Translations under genes and position numbers: made by a program
Assembly: GCF_018977255.1 (NCBI RefSeq)
Contig: NW_024704743.1
Location: 31,188,001-31,252,000 of the forward strand
Length of the DNA: 64,000 nt
Source: Callorhinchus milii
Taxonomy: Eukaryota
Reading direction: 5' to 3'
In this document: piece by piece, positions 13,256 to 25,403 of the stretch
Layout of the letters: every line of letters starts with the position of its first letter
How positions within the stretch are numbered: position 1 is the first letter of the stretch
The notes under the pieces: model-generated
What the model was told of the DNA's origin: nothing
What the model saw: the letters and a program-made list of their open reading frames with translations, nothing else
Database searches by the model: none

Positions 13256-15202
13256 AACAAATCCAGAACGGTGGAGGATCTTGTGTCTGCAAAGCATTAT
13301 TATACATTTTATTTAAATAAAAAGGGAGCTTTATATTAGTGGAACAGATGTGACCCATGCATTTAAGTGTTCTGACACTTCTGTGATGCCCTGAGCAGAT
13401 AGTTACCAGTAAAGAGATCACAGGCCTAACAATCTATCTTTTCTGCATAGATTCCTCAGGTTTCTTTTTTGTACTACACAAACCACAGGCGTACAACACA
13501 ACAGTACACTTCTTTTTAGTTTTATTTATTAGTGTACAAAAAAAAACACTACTTTGATACCCTACTTATAGTGGATTTCAAAAACATTTGATTAAAAGCT
13601 CAACTATAACATTCTGTATCCTTGAGAAGCACAACCAAAAGACCAGAAGACGTGGCATTCAGCAGCCAATGCCCCAGAAATGTTAAGCAGGGCACAGTGT
13701 ATGGTTAGCTGAGACTAATGTACTGTCAAGTACAATTAAGTCTTTTAGCGACAAATAGAAATCTGCTGTGCATAAACAATTCTTTTTTAGTTGATCTTAC
13801 TGCAGTTGATGGTAGGATTAGAATAAAGGCATTCAAGCAGGTGAACAAGTAACTAGATACCACAAAATAACGATGCAATTCAGGCAAAAAATCCTTAGCT
13901 CACAACCTGGTCTCAATTAACACAGACAGTGGACCAGAGGGTACGAGCATTTAAGTCCAACCTAATTATACTTCATTCACTTGAACTCACTTGCAGTCTG
14001 TGCAATACAACTGGAACAATCTAGATAGATTATTAAAGGCCCCCAAGCAGCCAGAATAGATTCAAGATTGCAGTGTAAATAGAGGTCCAATAAATTTTCA
14101 TTCTAAACTCAGCCAGTCTCCAAACATAAATCCTCACAAAAATATAAACTGTGCTCTAGATTGTTGAAATATTGCAACATGAAGATCCTAACTAAATAAA
14201 CAAAAGCCAAACAGTGATTTTGAGCCTCACAATCATCGTACATTGTGCAGTTTAACAGAAGCAGCTACATGTGGTAGATTTTTTGTAAAATGTTTCGGGG
14301 GGTGTCACACATTGGAAATATTTGAAATTGCGATTGATTGACAGTTGCGTATTTATTCAGCACCGCTGGTGAATTTGACTTGCTGTGTACCTTTAAATAT
14401 GCTACACTGGATGGGCAGGAGGGGGCCTAGCTGTTTGGGTTAAATCTGTCAAGGTTCATGTTCCCTCCAGCTGAGAGCTAATCAAGGCATCCACCAGCAT
14501 TTTGAACATGAGTATGCAATGTACACGAGCCAGAAATATGGAGTTATTTTATTCAGGGCCATGTAAATGAAAAGTCAATGCATGCTCGCTCACACAAACA
14601 ATCACTTTGCGATTAAAAACTGGTCCATTTCAGCTGCAAATGAACCGGGCCAAACAACTTTTGATATCCATTTCAATATATTAGAACCAGCATCAGAGGC
14701 TACTTTTAATTGAAGTGCAGCTGGCATAAGATTTCAAATACAGAATAACTGGTGCTTTTCCACTTCATTTAAATACAATATCAATCATTCAGGATTTCAC
14801 AATGCAATCTTTTCGAATTATACTGTTAATTTAACTTTTTAGTTTGGAGGAAACGGGTGATTTATAAGATGCTCTGAACCTTCCACTTTACACTTATTAC
14901 ACAGAAAACTATTTTGAATACTGTACTGTGATCAAATATGCTGCAATTAAACTGTCATATACAGGTGGCCACAGAGACATTCATACGTGAACCAAGCCTA
15001 GAATTAGAATGTACTAGCTCTATTCATTCCCAATATAATTTTTTTNCAATCAAACATTGAGAGGCATAATCCTTCTGACGGAATTGGAAAATTACCCCAA
15101 GTATTCTTTCTTTTTCAATAGACAATTCCACCATTCCTCCTCAAGCAGCTGAAAGTGCATGTAGTTAGTTCCACAAGCACCAGCAATTTGTTAGTGCCTC
15201 AG

Positions 15203-15259
15203 CCATTCTGATGAAGGGTCGTGGACCCAAAACGTTGACTTACTTTCCTTTCTCCATAG
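15203..15259 (+). mobile_element. Penelope-like element 3' region with degenerate hammerhead core (left part)
   Basis: CTGATGA-A-GGGTC-GTG-GACCC-AAAACGTTGACT...TCTCCATAG; continues as AGATGCTGCCTGACCTGCTGAG at 15910. Confidence 0.75.
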
Positions 15260-15270
15260 TTAAATATAAA

Positions 15271-15909
15271 TATAAATAGAGGCATTGAGTACAAGAGTCA
15301 GGAGGTTATGATTAACCTATATAAAACACTGGTTAGGCCTCAGTTAGAATACTGCGCCCAGTTCTGGGCACTACACTGTAGAAAGGATGTTAAGGCATTG
15401 GAAAGGGTGCAGAGGAGATTTACAAGGATGGTACCAGGAATGAGGGACCTTGATAATGTGGAAAGGCTGGAGAGGCTGGGATTATTCTCATTGGAGCAGA
15501 GAAGGTTACGAGGAGACCTAATAGAGGTCTTCAAAATCATGATGGGATTTGATAGGTTAGAAAGGGAAAAACTGTTTCCACTGGGGGGGGGGGCGGTTGG
15601 TGACTCAAGGTCACAGATTCAAAATAGTATCTAAAAGAAGCCGAGGGAAGGTGAGAAGACATTTTTTCACGCAGTGAGTTGTTCGAATCTGGAACGCATT
15701 GCCTGAAAGGGTGGTCGAGGACGATTCAATAACTACTTTTAAAAACGCGGTGGACGGGTATTTGAGGAGGATGCGTTTGTAGGGTTATGGGGAAAGGGCT
15801 GGAGACTGGGATTGACATTACATTGCTCTTTTCAAAGAGCCGGCACAAACTCGATGGGCCGAATGGCCTCTTTTTGTGCTGTACGATTCTATGATTCTGT
15901 GATTCTATG
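15271..15909 (+). mobile_element. CR1 LINE 3' end, relatively young
   Basis: Encodes LYKTLVRPQLEYCAQFW...LERVQRRFTRM...LEQRRLRGDLIEVFKI; 3' UTR GATGGGCCGAATGGCCT; (GATTCTAT)n terminus. Confidence 0.95.
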
Positions 15910-15968
15910 AGATGCTGCCTGACCTGCTGAGTGTTCCCAGCGACTTCGTTTTTGCCTCGGGTATTCAA
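15910..15968 (+). mobile_element. Penelope-like element 3' region (right part)
   Basis: AGATGCTGCCTGACCTGCTGAGTGTTCCCAGC continues the segment that stops at 15259. Confidence 0.7.
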
Positions 15969-16764
15969 CTTGGGGGTTGGAGGGACGACTTTAATCAGAA
16001 CATTTCTACTGCTAATAATAGTTATCTTCTTTATTTAAAATTCAATTCCTATATCCTGATTCTACACTCTGAAAATTCTAATGAATCCTACTCCTCACAG
16101 TTATGGGCTCAGTAATCTGATCTGTAGAGGTATAACTGTGGTACTATGCCCACATACACACAGAAATTCTTTACAGATATAACACAAATCTCATTTCTGA
16201 CTTCTAAAGAAACCAGAGACCCAAAATCCCACCTCGTCTACAAGATTATTCTGGCTTCAAATTTGAAATCGCACACAACTGTGTAAAATTCTGAAATCCA
16301 GTCCGAGTCTGGAAGCTGGTATTCTACAGCCCTTAAAAATAAATGGCTTTCAAATTCAGTCTGAATTTTAGAATTTTCTTTACAATCTGCATTGCTTTAA
16401 ATTTTAAGCCAAAGTTTGTAGGCTACGACTAAATTGAATTTCATGCCTCTGAATCCAAAAGGTGCTTGCAGATTACTGAACTATATCTCCATCGATGGCG
16501 GTCTTTGAAAACATGTTTTTCAATGCTCTCCTTTTAATTTTTCTTAACTCTTGTCCCCACAGTTTACCCGAGCCACAATTGAGAAGCTCAGAAATTAAGT
16601 AATCTCTTCACAGCCTCTGGTGATGCTACTTTTGAGTCTGGCCAACAATTCGTATTTCCTCATCACAATATGGCTAAAATCACAAACTCAATGGTGTAGA
16701 AGGCCACAGGCGTAAGCTCACATTCCATCACACTTCTCACTACATGAGCGTCTAACCAAAAGTA

Positions 16765-17255
16765 TCGATGAGGTCTTTAAAAATTTGAGGGACTTTGACA
16801 GAGTAGATAAGGAGAAATTATTTTCACTTGTCACTGAGCCAATGTCTAGATTTAAGTTAATTACTAAATGACCAAAGAGGGTGATGATGAATTTTTTTTA
16901 TATAACAAAGAGGCTTGTTAGGTTACGAAATGACCTGCCGGGAGCAGTGATCAAGGCATTATTCATATCAGCTTTCAAGAGGGAACTCAATAGGTGTTTA
17001 TTTTAAACTGGCTGCCGCATTGCACCCACAAAATATACAGTCAATCCACTTTACAGTGTATCCTGTGAAGCATCTCAACGACGTGATAAGGCACAATATC
17101 AATTTCAAGGATTATTATTTTTATTATACAGAGTCATTTATAGAGATAATAAGAAAAGGCAGGTAAATGGGACTGACTGGATTGTTCTTTCAAAGAGCCA
17201 TCACAGGCACAAGGAGCTCAATGATTTCCTTCTGTGCTGTGAATTTCTATAGTTC
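16765..17255 (+). mobile_element. Old CR1 3' end with a nested SINE fragment (about 17008-17125)
   Basis: Encodes EVFKNLRDFDRVDKEKLFSL and has a CR1 3' UTR; interrupted by the young SINE tail. Confidence 0.8.
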
Positions 17256-17445
17256 AGTATAAAACCATCAACAATATTTCTGCATCACTGCGCTTTGCAG
17301 CCTGTAACACAATGTGATACACTCGTCAAAACGGGTGTTGGACCTGATTCTCTCACGTGACATAACTGGGAGCTTCAGAAGGCGAGATGCTGGGATATAT
17401 TCACTCTTCTCTTACCCACAACCCACAAGAAAGCATTTAAAAGTA

Positions 17446-17927
17446 TAGTGGAGGCCTATTATAACACAGGGATTGGAATTCCTTAAATCCTTCTCAATTC
17501 TGGAGTAAGATGTCATAGCAGGTTTCACTGTGAATGCATGCAGCTGCCTGACTCCCTGATTGCCAGTTGGTTTTGTGCAGGAAGTAAATAAAGGGCAATT
17601 TCCAGGGCATCAGATCATCACAGTCACTTCCTGTTTGCTGCTTATGCACCATAAAGAACAAGACATTGGTGGAAACATGATGATCAAGAAATTGGCCCTG
17701 TTTGTTTTAGTTGCTGGAAGCTAAATTGTCCGACTTCCAAGTCAGTAGGGTCCCTGTTGGTCACTTTCTGCTTTGCACATGTCATGCCCCGTCAACTTAA
17801 TAAAACCCGTAAATTGGCCGTTTTAGAGCTAAAAGCGAGCGAGCACCAAGGATGTGAGGACCACAGTGCAACTTCATGAGAAGCAAGTTTGGGCTATAGT
17901 GAAGTGCGTTATAACAGGACTGCACTG
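17446..17927. mobile_element. Tc1/mariner (Tigger/pogo-like) non-autonomous element
   Basis: Imperfect terminal inverted repeats TA|TAGTGGAGGCCTATTATAACAC and GCGTTATAACAGGACTGCACTG|TA (19 of 24 positions match), with TA on both flanks. Confidence 0.6.
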
Positions 17928-18139
17928 TACAAAAAATAATTGCAAAACATTACTTTAAAAACAAACGGGTTGAAGGTACACCTACCTCTGATTTATTATC
18001 TCTCTGATTGTCTTGATTGACTCTCTCACCCCTCCCCCCAGTGATAACTCTCATCAGGGTATGATTCTGTGATCGATCCTGAGTATCATGTCCATTTTTC
18101 CAAAGTGAATCTGGACAGCTAGAGGGTGAAATTCCTATT

Positions 18140-18520
18140 ATTGACCATGACAATGAGTGCTAACAAAAGGATTTTTCCATCATAAGCAATATCCTTAAAA
18201 TTCCTGCACTTTATGGCAAGAGGAATTTTTTGCTCTCAGAGTCATCACAATTGAGTCCAATCCATTCTTCAGCCAGTATCCTCATAAAAAATATACTTTC
18301 CACCAGATGTTACCAGGTAGCAACCAGAAATTGGAACCCAGATTGATTTTTCCTCTTCATAAACTGGGAATACTAAGCTCAAATGGAATTCACCAATTAC
18401 TTCCCGAGTGAGATCAGATGACTTGGCACAGAACGGGAATCGAACCGGAGACTTTCCTGGCCTAGAAGCCTCAGTACCGCAGCACACACTGCACTTACTC
18501 ACTGAGTTGTCAAGGGAGCT
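18140..18520 (-). mobile_element. Ancient SINE (AmnSINE2-like)
   Basis: Reverse complement has B-box GGTTCGATTCCC, then TCTGATCTCA, GAGGAAAAATCAATCTGGGTTCC and CTGGTGGAAAGT. Confidence 0.6.
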
Positions 18521-18954
18521 CAAGTTGGCAACCCAATATCTGGTTATGACAAAGCTCACGAACCCAGCTCAATCATCAATCGTTACAGTCTTGCAATGCA
18601 GTCCAACCCAAATGATATTTTCCCATTACACTGCTAAAGTGCTTGTTTTTTGTTTTTCTCCTATCGAACTCTGGACCTTTGCCAAGGTTACTCAGAGCAG
18701 CCTCAGAGCAGCAATAGACAACTCCTGTTCCAATTTTCTGTCCCTCTCCCTATGCCGGGAGAAAACCTAAAGTACAGTTTGCGCAGACGTCTACTGCATA
18801 TCGATTTTAGTGCATCACTGGATCTTTCTTTTTTCAAAAAATCCACAATCCTAAATATGACAGACCATCATGAGAATGAAGTGCATACACATGGAAAAGA
18901 TCAGTCACTGTATGGTCCGAGAAAAATGCATCGCTGCAGAAAAGCCACTATGGG

Positions 18955-19320
18955 TTAGCTCCCCTGATGGCTCCGGAAGTTTATTCACCAAGTAGCTGAG
19001 CCATACGTGCTGGGAAGGTTTCAGGTTCAATCCCTGGTCTGGGCTAAGTTACCTGATCCTATCCTGTGCAGCAGCAGGGATACTACAACTGGCTTCAACG
19101 CTTCTCGATGAGGGAGGGGAAAATCAGTGAGCCTTCTTACTGCTGACTATAAAACAGCAACCTCCTTCTGAAGATGCATATTTGGCATATCAGATGAGGG
19201 AAGGATCATCAGTCTCAAATGCAATGTCCCTCCAGTCAAATAACCTATCAACACAAACTGTAACAGTTCTCTTCTGGACAATAGAAACGGGTCGTCTATG
19301 GGAGGATGGCCATCATCCAT
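18955..19320 (+). mobile_element. Ancient SINE (AmnSINE2-like)
   Basis: GGTTCAATCCCTGGTCTG...CTACAACTGGCTTCA...GGGAGGGGAAAATCAG...GTCAAATAACCT. Confidence 0.65.
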
Positions 19321-19955
19321 AAACCATGCCTCAGGAAAGGAGTCGATGCTTCTCAGAACAAGAGAAAAAAGTGAGGGAAAAAGTCCAAAACAATAAAGAA
19401 CAGTGATTGTGGGACTTAAGTTTGTTTGGTTTAGGCTTCTATTATGATGTGTCAAAAACTACAGCGTGCAAACAAAGTAAAAGACCAGGTGTAAATGTAT
19501 CCACAATGTCAAATAAAATTGGGAACAGCTTCTAAAGCTGTTGGTGGATATATACTGGACTTGATTTTGCCAATCTGTTTTTCATTACAAATTATGATGC
19601 TATTTTGCCAAACAAATTTGATGTACATGCAGTTTTCCAGCCAAAGTCATTTTAGGTGTTTATAAAAGATACCAGATGTGACACTGGTTTGGAATACAAG
19701 TAAGGGAAAAACGTCTGATGCAGCACAAAACGTCACCCAGTAGCTGGGGTTTCTAAGCAGGCTGTTCTAGCAACTGAGCTTGTGCATAAATTCCTGAATG
19801 CTCCGACGATGCCCCTTTAACATATTCCATTTCTGAATGATTCAATTAAGTGCCTATATTTGATAGCAATTATTCATTGAAGTTGCCATTACTTGTGGTG
19901 AACCTCATTTGTACTTATTATACATTCCTTCCCACCCTTTTGACTTATAACTCAA

Positions 19956-20157
19956 TATAATAATAATCCTTGCATTTGATATAGTGCCTTATCACATCTT
20001 CGAGATTGTTTGTGGGACACTGCTGTGCGCAATTGGCTGCCACGTTTCGCCCACAAAATATATATTCAATTCACTTTACAGTATATTCTGTGAAATGCTT
20101 GGAGACGTCTCATAGACATGATACGGCACTATATCAAATGCAAGGATTATTATTATT
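19956..20157. mobile_element. Young SINE 3' half (+) preceded by an inverted copy of its own tail (-)
   Basis: 19956-20005 is the reverse complement of about 20108-20157. Confidence 0.85.
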
Positions 20158-20599
20158 TTTACACAAAATGCAGCAATGATGCTTGAGATTCAATCACAGT
20201 GCTGCCCCTGCCCTACGAAATTTCCATCTCTCACAAGCAGCAATCATACTGTATTGCTGGTTTCCACCTGCAATCGCAAGTGCTACGGAGCTCACAACTC
20301 TTCCCCACTTATGTTTAAAAAGGAGAGATTATTCCAAATTAAAATCTGCACACTTTACATTATCAACTATATTATAAGCTAAAAGCACATTTTCTTGACC
20401 TCCTTCATTTTGTGAATAGTACAGTATCAATTATTTAATTGTGGGGCCTAAGAATTTCAATGAATTAGGTGACACAGGAGAGTAACCGTTTCATTCTAAA
20501 GATTGTACTGCTTTTACAATACAGGTTTGAGCCTAAAAATCCTTTGAATAAATTGGTCAGCCACTTCAAGGCCGTAGCTGCCAGTTGGTGTAAAAGGTT

Positions 20600-20983
20600 G
20601 GAGTCCTGTAACATATTGGTTAGAGGACTCACCTCACAAGCGAGAGGACCTGGGTTCGATTTCCGGGCGGGCGAAACCTTGCACAAGTTTCCTTACTCCA
20701 CACACCTCTGTTTACCTAACAGTAAGTAGGAACCCGGTTGTGGGTCGATTGCCGGATTGCTTTTCTGGAGGTAATAATTCCTTCAAAAAATAGACAAAAA
20801 AATGAATAAAATAATTTGGTCACTCAATCCACAAGTGTTTGTGGGACACTGCTGTGCGCAATTGGCTGCCGTGTTTCACCCACAAAATATACAGTCAATT
20901 CACTTTACAGTATATTCTGTGAAGCGCTTTGAGATGTCTCAATGACATGATAAAGCGCTATATCAAATGCAAGGATTATTATT
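20600..20983 (+). mobile_element. Young tRNA-SINE, long form, full length
   Basis: A/B boxes, central CTCTGTTTACCTAACAGTAAGTAGGAACCC segment, Deu-like 3' part and (TTA)n end. Confidence 0.9.
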
Positions 20984-22169
20984 GTAATAATAAAAGTACT
21001 ATACCCAACAGTAAATAGGGCAACAAACTTTGACATGTATGAGCATTTAAATACTACAAAAACGTCAGTCCTTTCTTCTATTTTTAACTTACAAGAGTTG
21101 CAGTAATAATGACAACTAAGCACTGCAAGATCAAGTATAAGCTTTGTGTCAATGAAATGGTTATATCTGCATGCAGAATGGCACACTCCACATGTAATGA
21201 AATCACATATGTAACATTACTCCCACTCCCAAAGCATGCATAAATGGTGAAAAGAGATGATGGGAACCAATAATGGGGCAAAGTATATGGAGCAACACCT
21301 CAATACCAAGCCTCCACCTGTGCATTGCTCTTCTTACGACTGTAGGTATGAGCAGAAAGCCACAAGAGCAGTATAAATCTACCTGGATCAGATCTTTTCA
21401 CTTTGACACAAAGGACAACTCCAGCTTCTAAACAGTTTGAGTTTAATATACAAAATGCTCCTTCAATGTCTACTTTCCGGCACAAATTTACTATTTAATT
21501 TTATTATTTCACAGAGACATAAAAGCCAATATTAAAGTGGATGTTTGTCACTTTCATAATTGTCGCCATTGATCTGCTCCAGACAGATTGTCAATGGATG
21601 TTCGTCACCAATTGAATGTGTGAGATGACTACCTGCTGGTCCCAATGCAGACAACAAGGAATTTTCAACTTATTTTTCTCTTGTCAAGTAAAGCCTGCTT
21701 ATTAACAAACACGGCACACATCCATCTTTAACTGAAATCCAAGTTCATCAATTCTAGCCCCAAAACTCCTAATTTCAAATATTTCTGCTGTCAGCAGAGA
21801 ACGTTGGACATCACCTGGTGGAAAAATGTCTGTGAATAGCTGCTGTCAGGCGAGAATCATTTGTGTGGAAATGGAAAGGTTGGCTAATGCAAGAACCACT
21901 GAAGATGAATTCGGAACCAGAATTTTCTCAATTACTGTTCCTTTGCCCTCTCCACTGATAATACCACCAAAAAGAAATTGCATTTATATAGCATGCTTCA
22001 CACAGGGTAGAGTCTCAGAGCACTTTACAATGGTGTGGCTTGACTAAGATATGGACTCGAACTAACAATAATACAACAGAGTCCAAACAATGGCTTGCTG
22101 TATTTTGTGTTTGTACTGCTGAAGGTTTCAACAGGATGAATGCAAATTACAGGATATCTTCATACCATT

Positions 22170-22250
22170 GGTACACAACATAGGAACAGGGGGAGGTCAT
22201 TCAGCCCTTCGAACCTGTTCGGCCATTTAATTAGATCATGCCTGATCATT
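22170..22250 (-). mobile_element. CR1 3' tail fragment
   Basis: CATAGGAACAGG...CATTCAGCCCTTCGAACCTGTTC...TAGATCATG. Confidence 0.65.
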
Positions 22251-23149
22251 CCTGTTTCAAAAAGGATAATAGCATATAGAGAACAGCCTCCAATGTCAGG
22301 AAAATAAATGCTTCGAGTAATTTCACGAGAACTCTCTGCAATACTGACCCAGCATGTGGTTAAACCAAACCCATGAAAAGGAGTTACAAGATACAATTTA
22401 TATCCCAGTCATGTCATTGGCCATAACTAATCTGTGACTCTATCAGGTTAGCCCAATTGTGGGGTTGTAAATCACACTTCCTGATCCTCATTATGTATCT
22501 TTCATTTACACTGTCCAAGATGGGATGTGAAGTTACAGAAGCGTGAAGATGTATTAATGAGGTAATGTTTGACAATAATGTTCTGTGCTGTTTGTTAATT
22601 GTAGCTGCACCTCAGGAGGCTGCATTTGATTGATTTAGTGTACAGGGATCACGGCAGGTCAGTTGAGGAATGTTTGTAAATCTCTAATAAACACAGCTAA
22701 ATTCAAACCAGGGATAAGTAATCTGCCTGCCAGTCTGGAAACAGACGTGTAATCAGAATGGGCAATTGTTATAGTAAGGCAATTGAAGGACAGACCTGAA
22801 CCTTGCATCTAAATCTGAGATGGGAATTTAGTTCAAGATGCAGATCTTTAGATTCAAATTATCACATGGTAAATGTCACCAACCACAAAGATTTACATCT
22901 CCTAAAATGTTATGAAATTGCTGAGCCTAAAAGTGGAACAAAGAAACAATTGTTACATTTGCTAAAATTAATAAAAGCAGATTCAACAACCAATGAAATA
23001 CATTTTTGCACACTCAGCACCACTTGTCTGATTCATCACTTTAAAGAGGTACTGCTCTGTTGAAAAAGTGTCTGGCAATTTTAACTCCTCCCTTCCTCCT
23101 ATTTGTTTACAACCACAGCTTGGAAATTGCATCAAATCCCAAATTATAT

Positions 23150-23467
23150 GGAGTCCCATAGCTTATTGGTTAGCTCGCTTGCCTCGCACGCAAGAGGACC
23201 CGAGTTTGATTCCCAGGGAGAGTGGGGGGAACCTTAGGCAAGTTTCCTCACTCCCCTCCTCTGTTTACCAAGAAGTGCGTAGGAACCAGGTTGTTAGTTG
23301 TTTGGAGGATTGCTTTCCAGGGGTATCAATCCCTAAAAATAAATTGGTCAATCAATCAAAGACTGTTTGTGGGACACCGCTGCCCGAAATTGGCTGCTGC
23401 ATTTCGTCCACAAAATACACAGTATGTTATGTGAAGCTTTGAGACGTCTCAACGACATTATTATTAT
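23150..23467 (+). mobile_element. Young tRNA-SINE, long form, diverged
   Basis: Colinear with the copy at 20600. Confidence 0.85.
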
Positions 23468-23934
23468 GTTATATTTCATTGTGGTAAAAATTAAGCAAGA
23501 TTCCTCTCTCTGCATTTAAGAAAAAAATGGCCAACACTTTTTTTCTTAAAAATGAAGATGGTGCCCCTTTAAAGGAGTGGTATTGTTAATTTGGGCCTAA
23601 CATTTTCATTAGAAAATTATGCCGCTTTCCTTGATTTGTATTTGGAGCGTTGTTTTACATTTTTAAAAATGATTTGATAATTTATGAAATACAATCTTGA
23701 CAAGTAAAATCTTGGTTAGCATTGCTGTGTTTTCCCATCCTGGGTGGCATCTATCAAGCCTTTCCAAGGCAACTGTTCCCACACAAGAATATGCCACTTC
23801 TCTAAGATCCATCAAATCCTTCTCCCATCTGTAGTTACGGTACCAAAGATGACCAAAAGAGGTGGAGATCAAAAAAAGAAGACTCCGCAATCCGTGAAAT
23901 TTAAGGGTATTTCAGTAATATGTGCAGTTATATC

Positions 23935-25145
23935 TATTTTCCTCCTCGGTCACCCTCCTCCACAACTATCTCTCTGCTACTCAATGCCCTTTCCCCCTTC
24001 AACACCTCCTACTCACGCAAGTCATCCTGGTACACCAACCACCGCCGCTCCCTCAAGGCACAGATGAGTGCCGCCAAACACACTTGGCTTAAATCTAATT
24101 TAACGGTCCATGGGCAGATAATGATAATCCAAGATAATCTTGGAGGCGAAGGAAAACCCCAGGGTCCTCTTCTCCACCATCAACCGGCTCCACCACCCAC
24201 CCTCTCACCCCTCGCCCATCCTCACCTCAAGCTCCAACTGCGAGGAGATGCTAGACTTCCTCGAGACCAAAATCGAGCGCATCCACTCAGTCGCCTCTGA
24301 CCTTTCAACCGCTAGCCCCTCCCATCTCCCCCTCACAATCCGGCGCCTACCCATCCCTCCCTCCACACCTTCAAACTTATCTCCCCCTCCTCTCTCACCA
24401 CCGTTATGACCTACCTCACTGAGCCAGTCTGGAATCTTGGTATCTTGTTTGACCCTCAGCTATTTTTTGTACCCCACATCCGTCTCATGACCCGCTCTAT
24501 CTTCCCCCATCTCCGCAACATCACCTGGCTCCACCACTTCCTCTCCCCCTCAGGCCGCAAAAACCTCATCCGCACATTCATCACATCCTGGATTGACTAT
24601 GCCAACTCCCTGCTTGTCGGCCTTCCCAACTCTTCCCTCCACAAGCTGCAAATCATCCAGAACTCCGCAGTATGTGTCCTCAACCGCACGAGGCTGCGTG
24701 ACCCTATCATCCCCACCATTGCCCGGCTCCACTGGTTCCCCATCCCCCAGAAGATAAGAGTTCGAAATCCTTGTCCTTGCCTTAAAGGCCCGCCATGGCC
24801 TTGCTCCTTACTACCTCTGGGACCTGCTAACACCATATCAACATGTCCGCTCCCTCCGCTCAGCCTGTTCCATGTCCCCCGCCTGGCCTAGCCCACCCCA
24901 CCATCGGCGGTCGGGCCTTCAGCCTCTCTGTCCCCACCCTTTGAAACTCCATCCCACAGTCCTTTCACCTTGCTCCCTCCCTTACCTCCTTCAAGGGCCA
25001 TCTCAAGACCCTCCACTTCGACTGTGCCTTTGGACACCCCCTCCCGATCCCACTCCCCTGCTCGGGTCCAAATCATTGATTGTCCAGCGCCTTGTGACGT
25101 CCTCCCGATGTAAAAGGAGCTATACAAATGTAATTTGTTGTTCTT
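23935..25145 (+). mobile_element. L2 LINE with internal deletion
   Basis: Pre-RT segment (ENPRVLFSTINRL) joined to post-RT segment (PVWNLGILFDPQL...IDYANSLLVGLP) and the L2 tail; RT core absent. Confidence 0.9.
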
Positions 25146-25403
25146 ATTAATTTCTGAAAGAACTCGGAGCACTTTGAATAAAAAGTACTACTACTGAAAT
25201 TTCTCTTTAAGAAAAAACAGACTTGTTGCATGCCATTGGAGGCGGATTTTACACGTACTTCTTGCATGAATAAAATTACTCTCTAAACATTCTAGTTTGT
25301 GCAATGATTCCACTTGTGCTGAGGAACACAAGTGAGTTCAGTTTATGCTGAATTTTCTGAGCCTTTTGGGAGAATGGAGAGAATGAACACTTGGGAACAA
25401 ATG

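Noticed and set aside
17950..18559. Minus-strand ORFs that look exon-like
   Set aside because: Largely overlap an AmnSINE2-like element; no protein similarity recognised.
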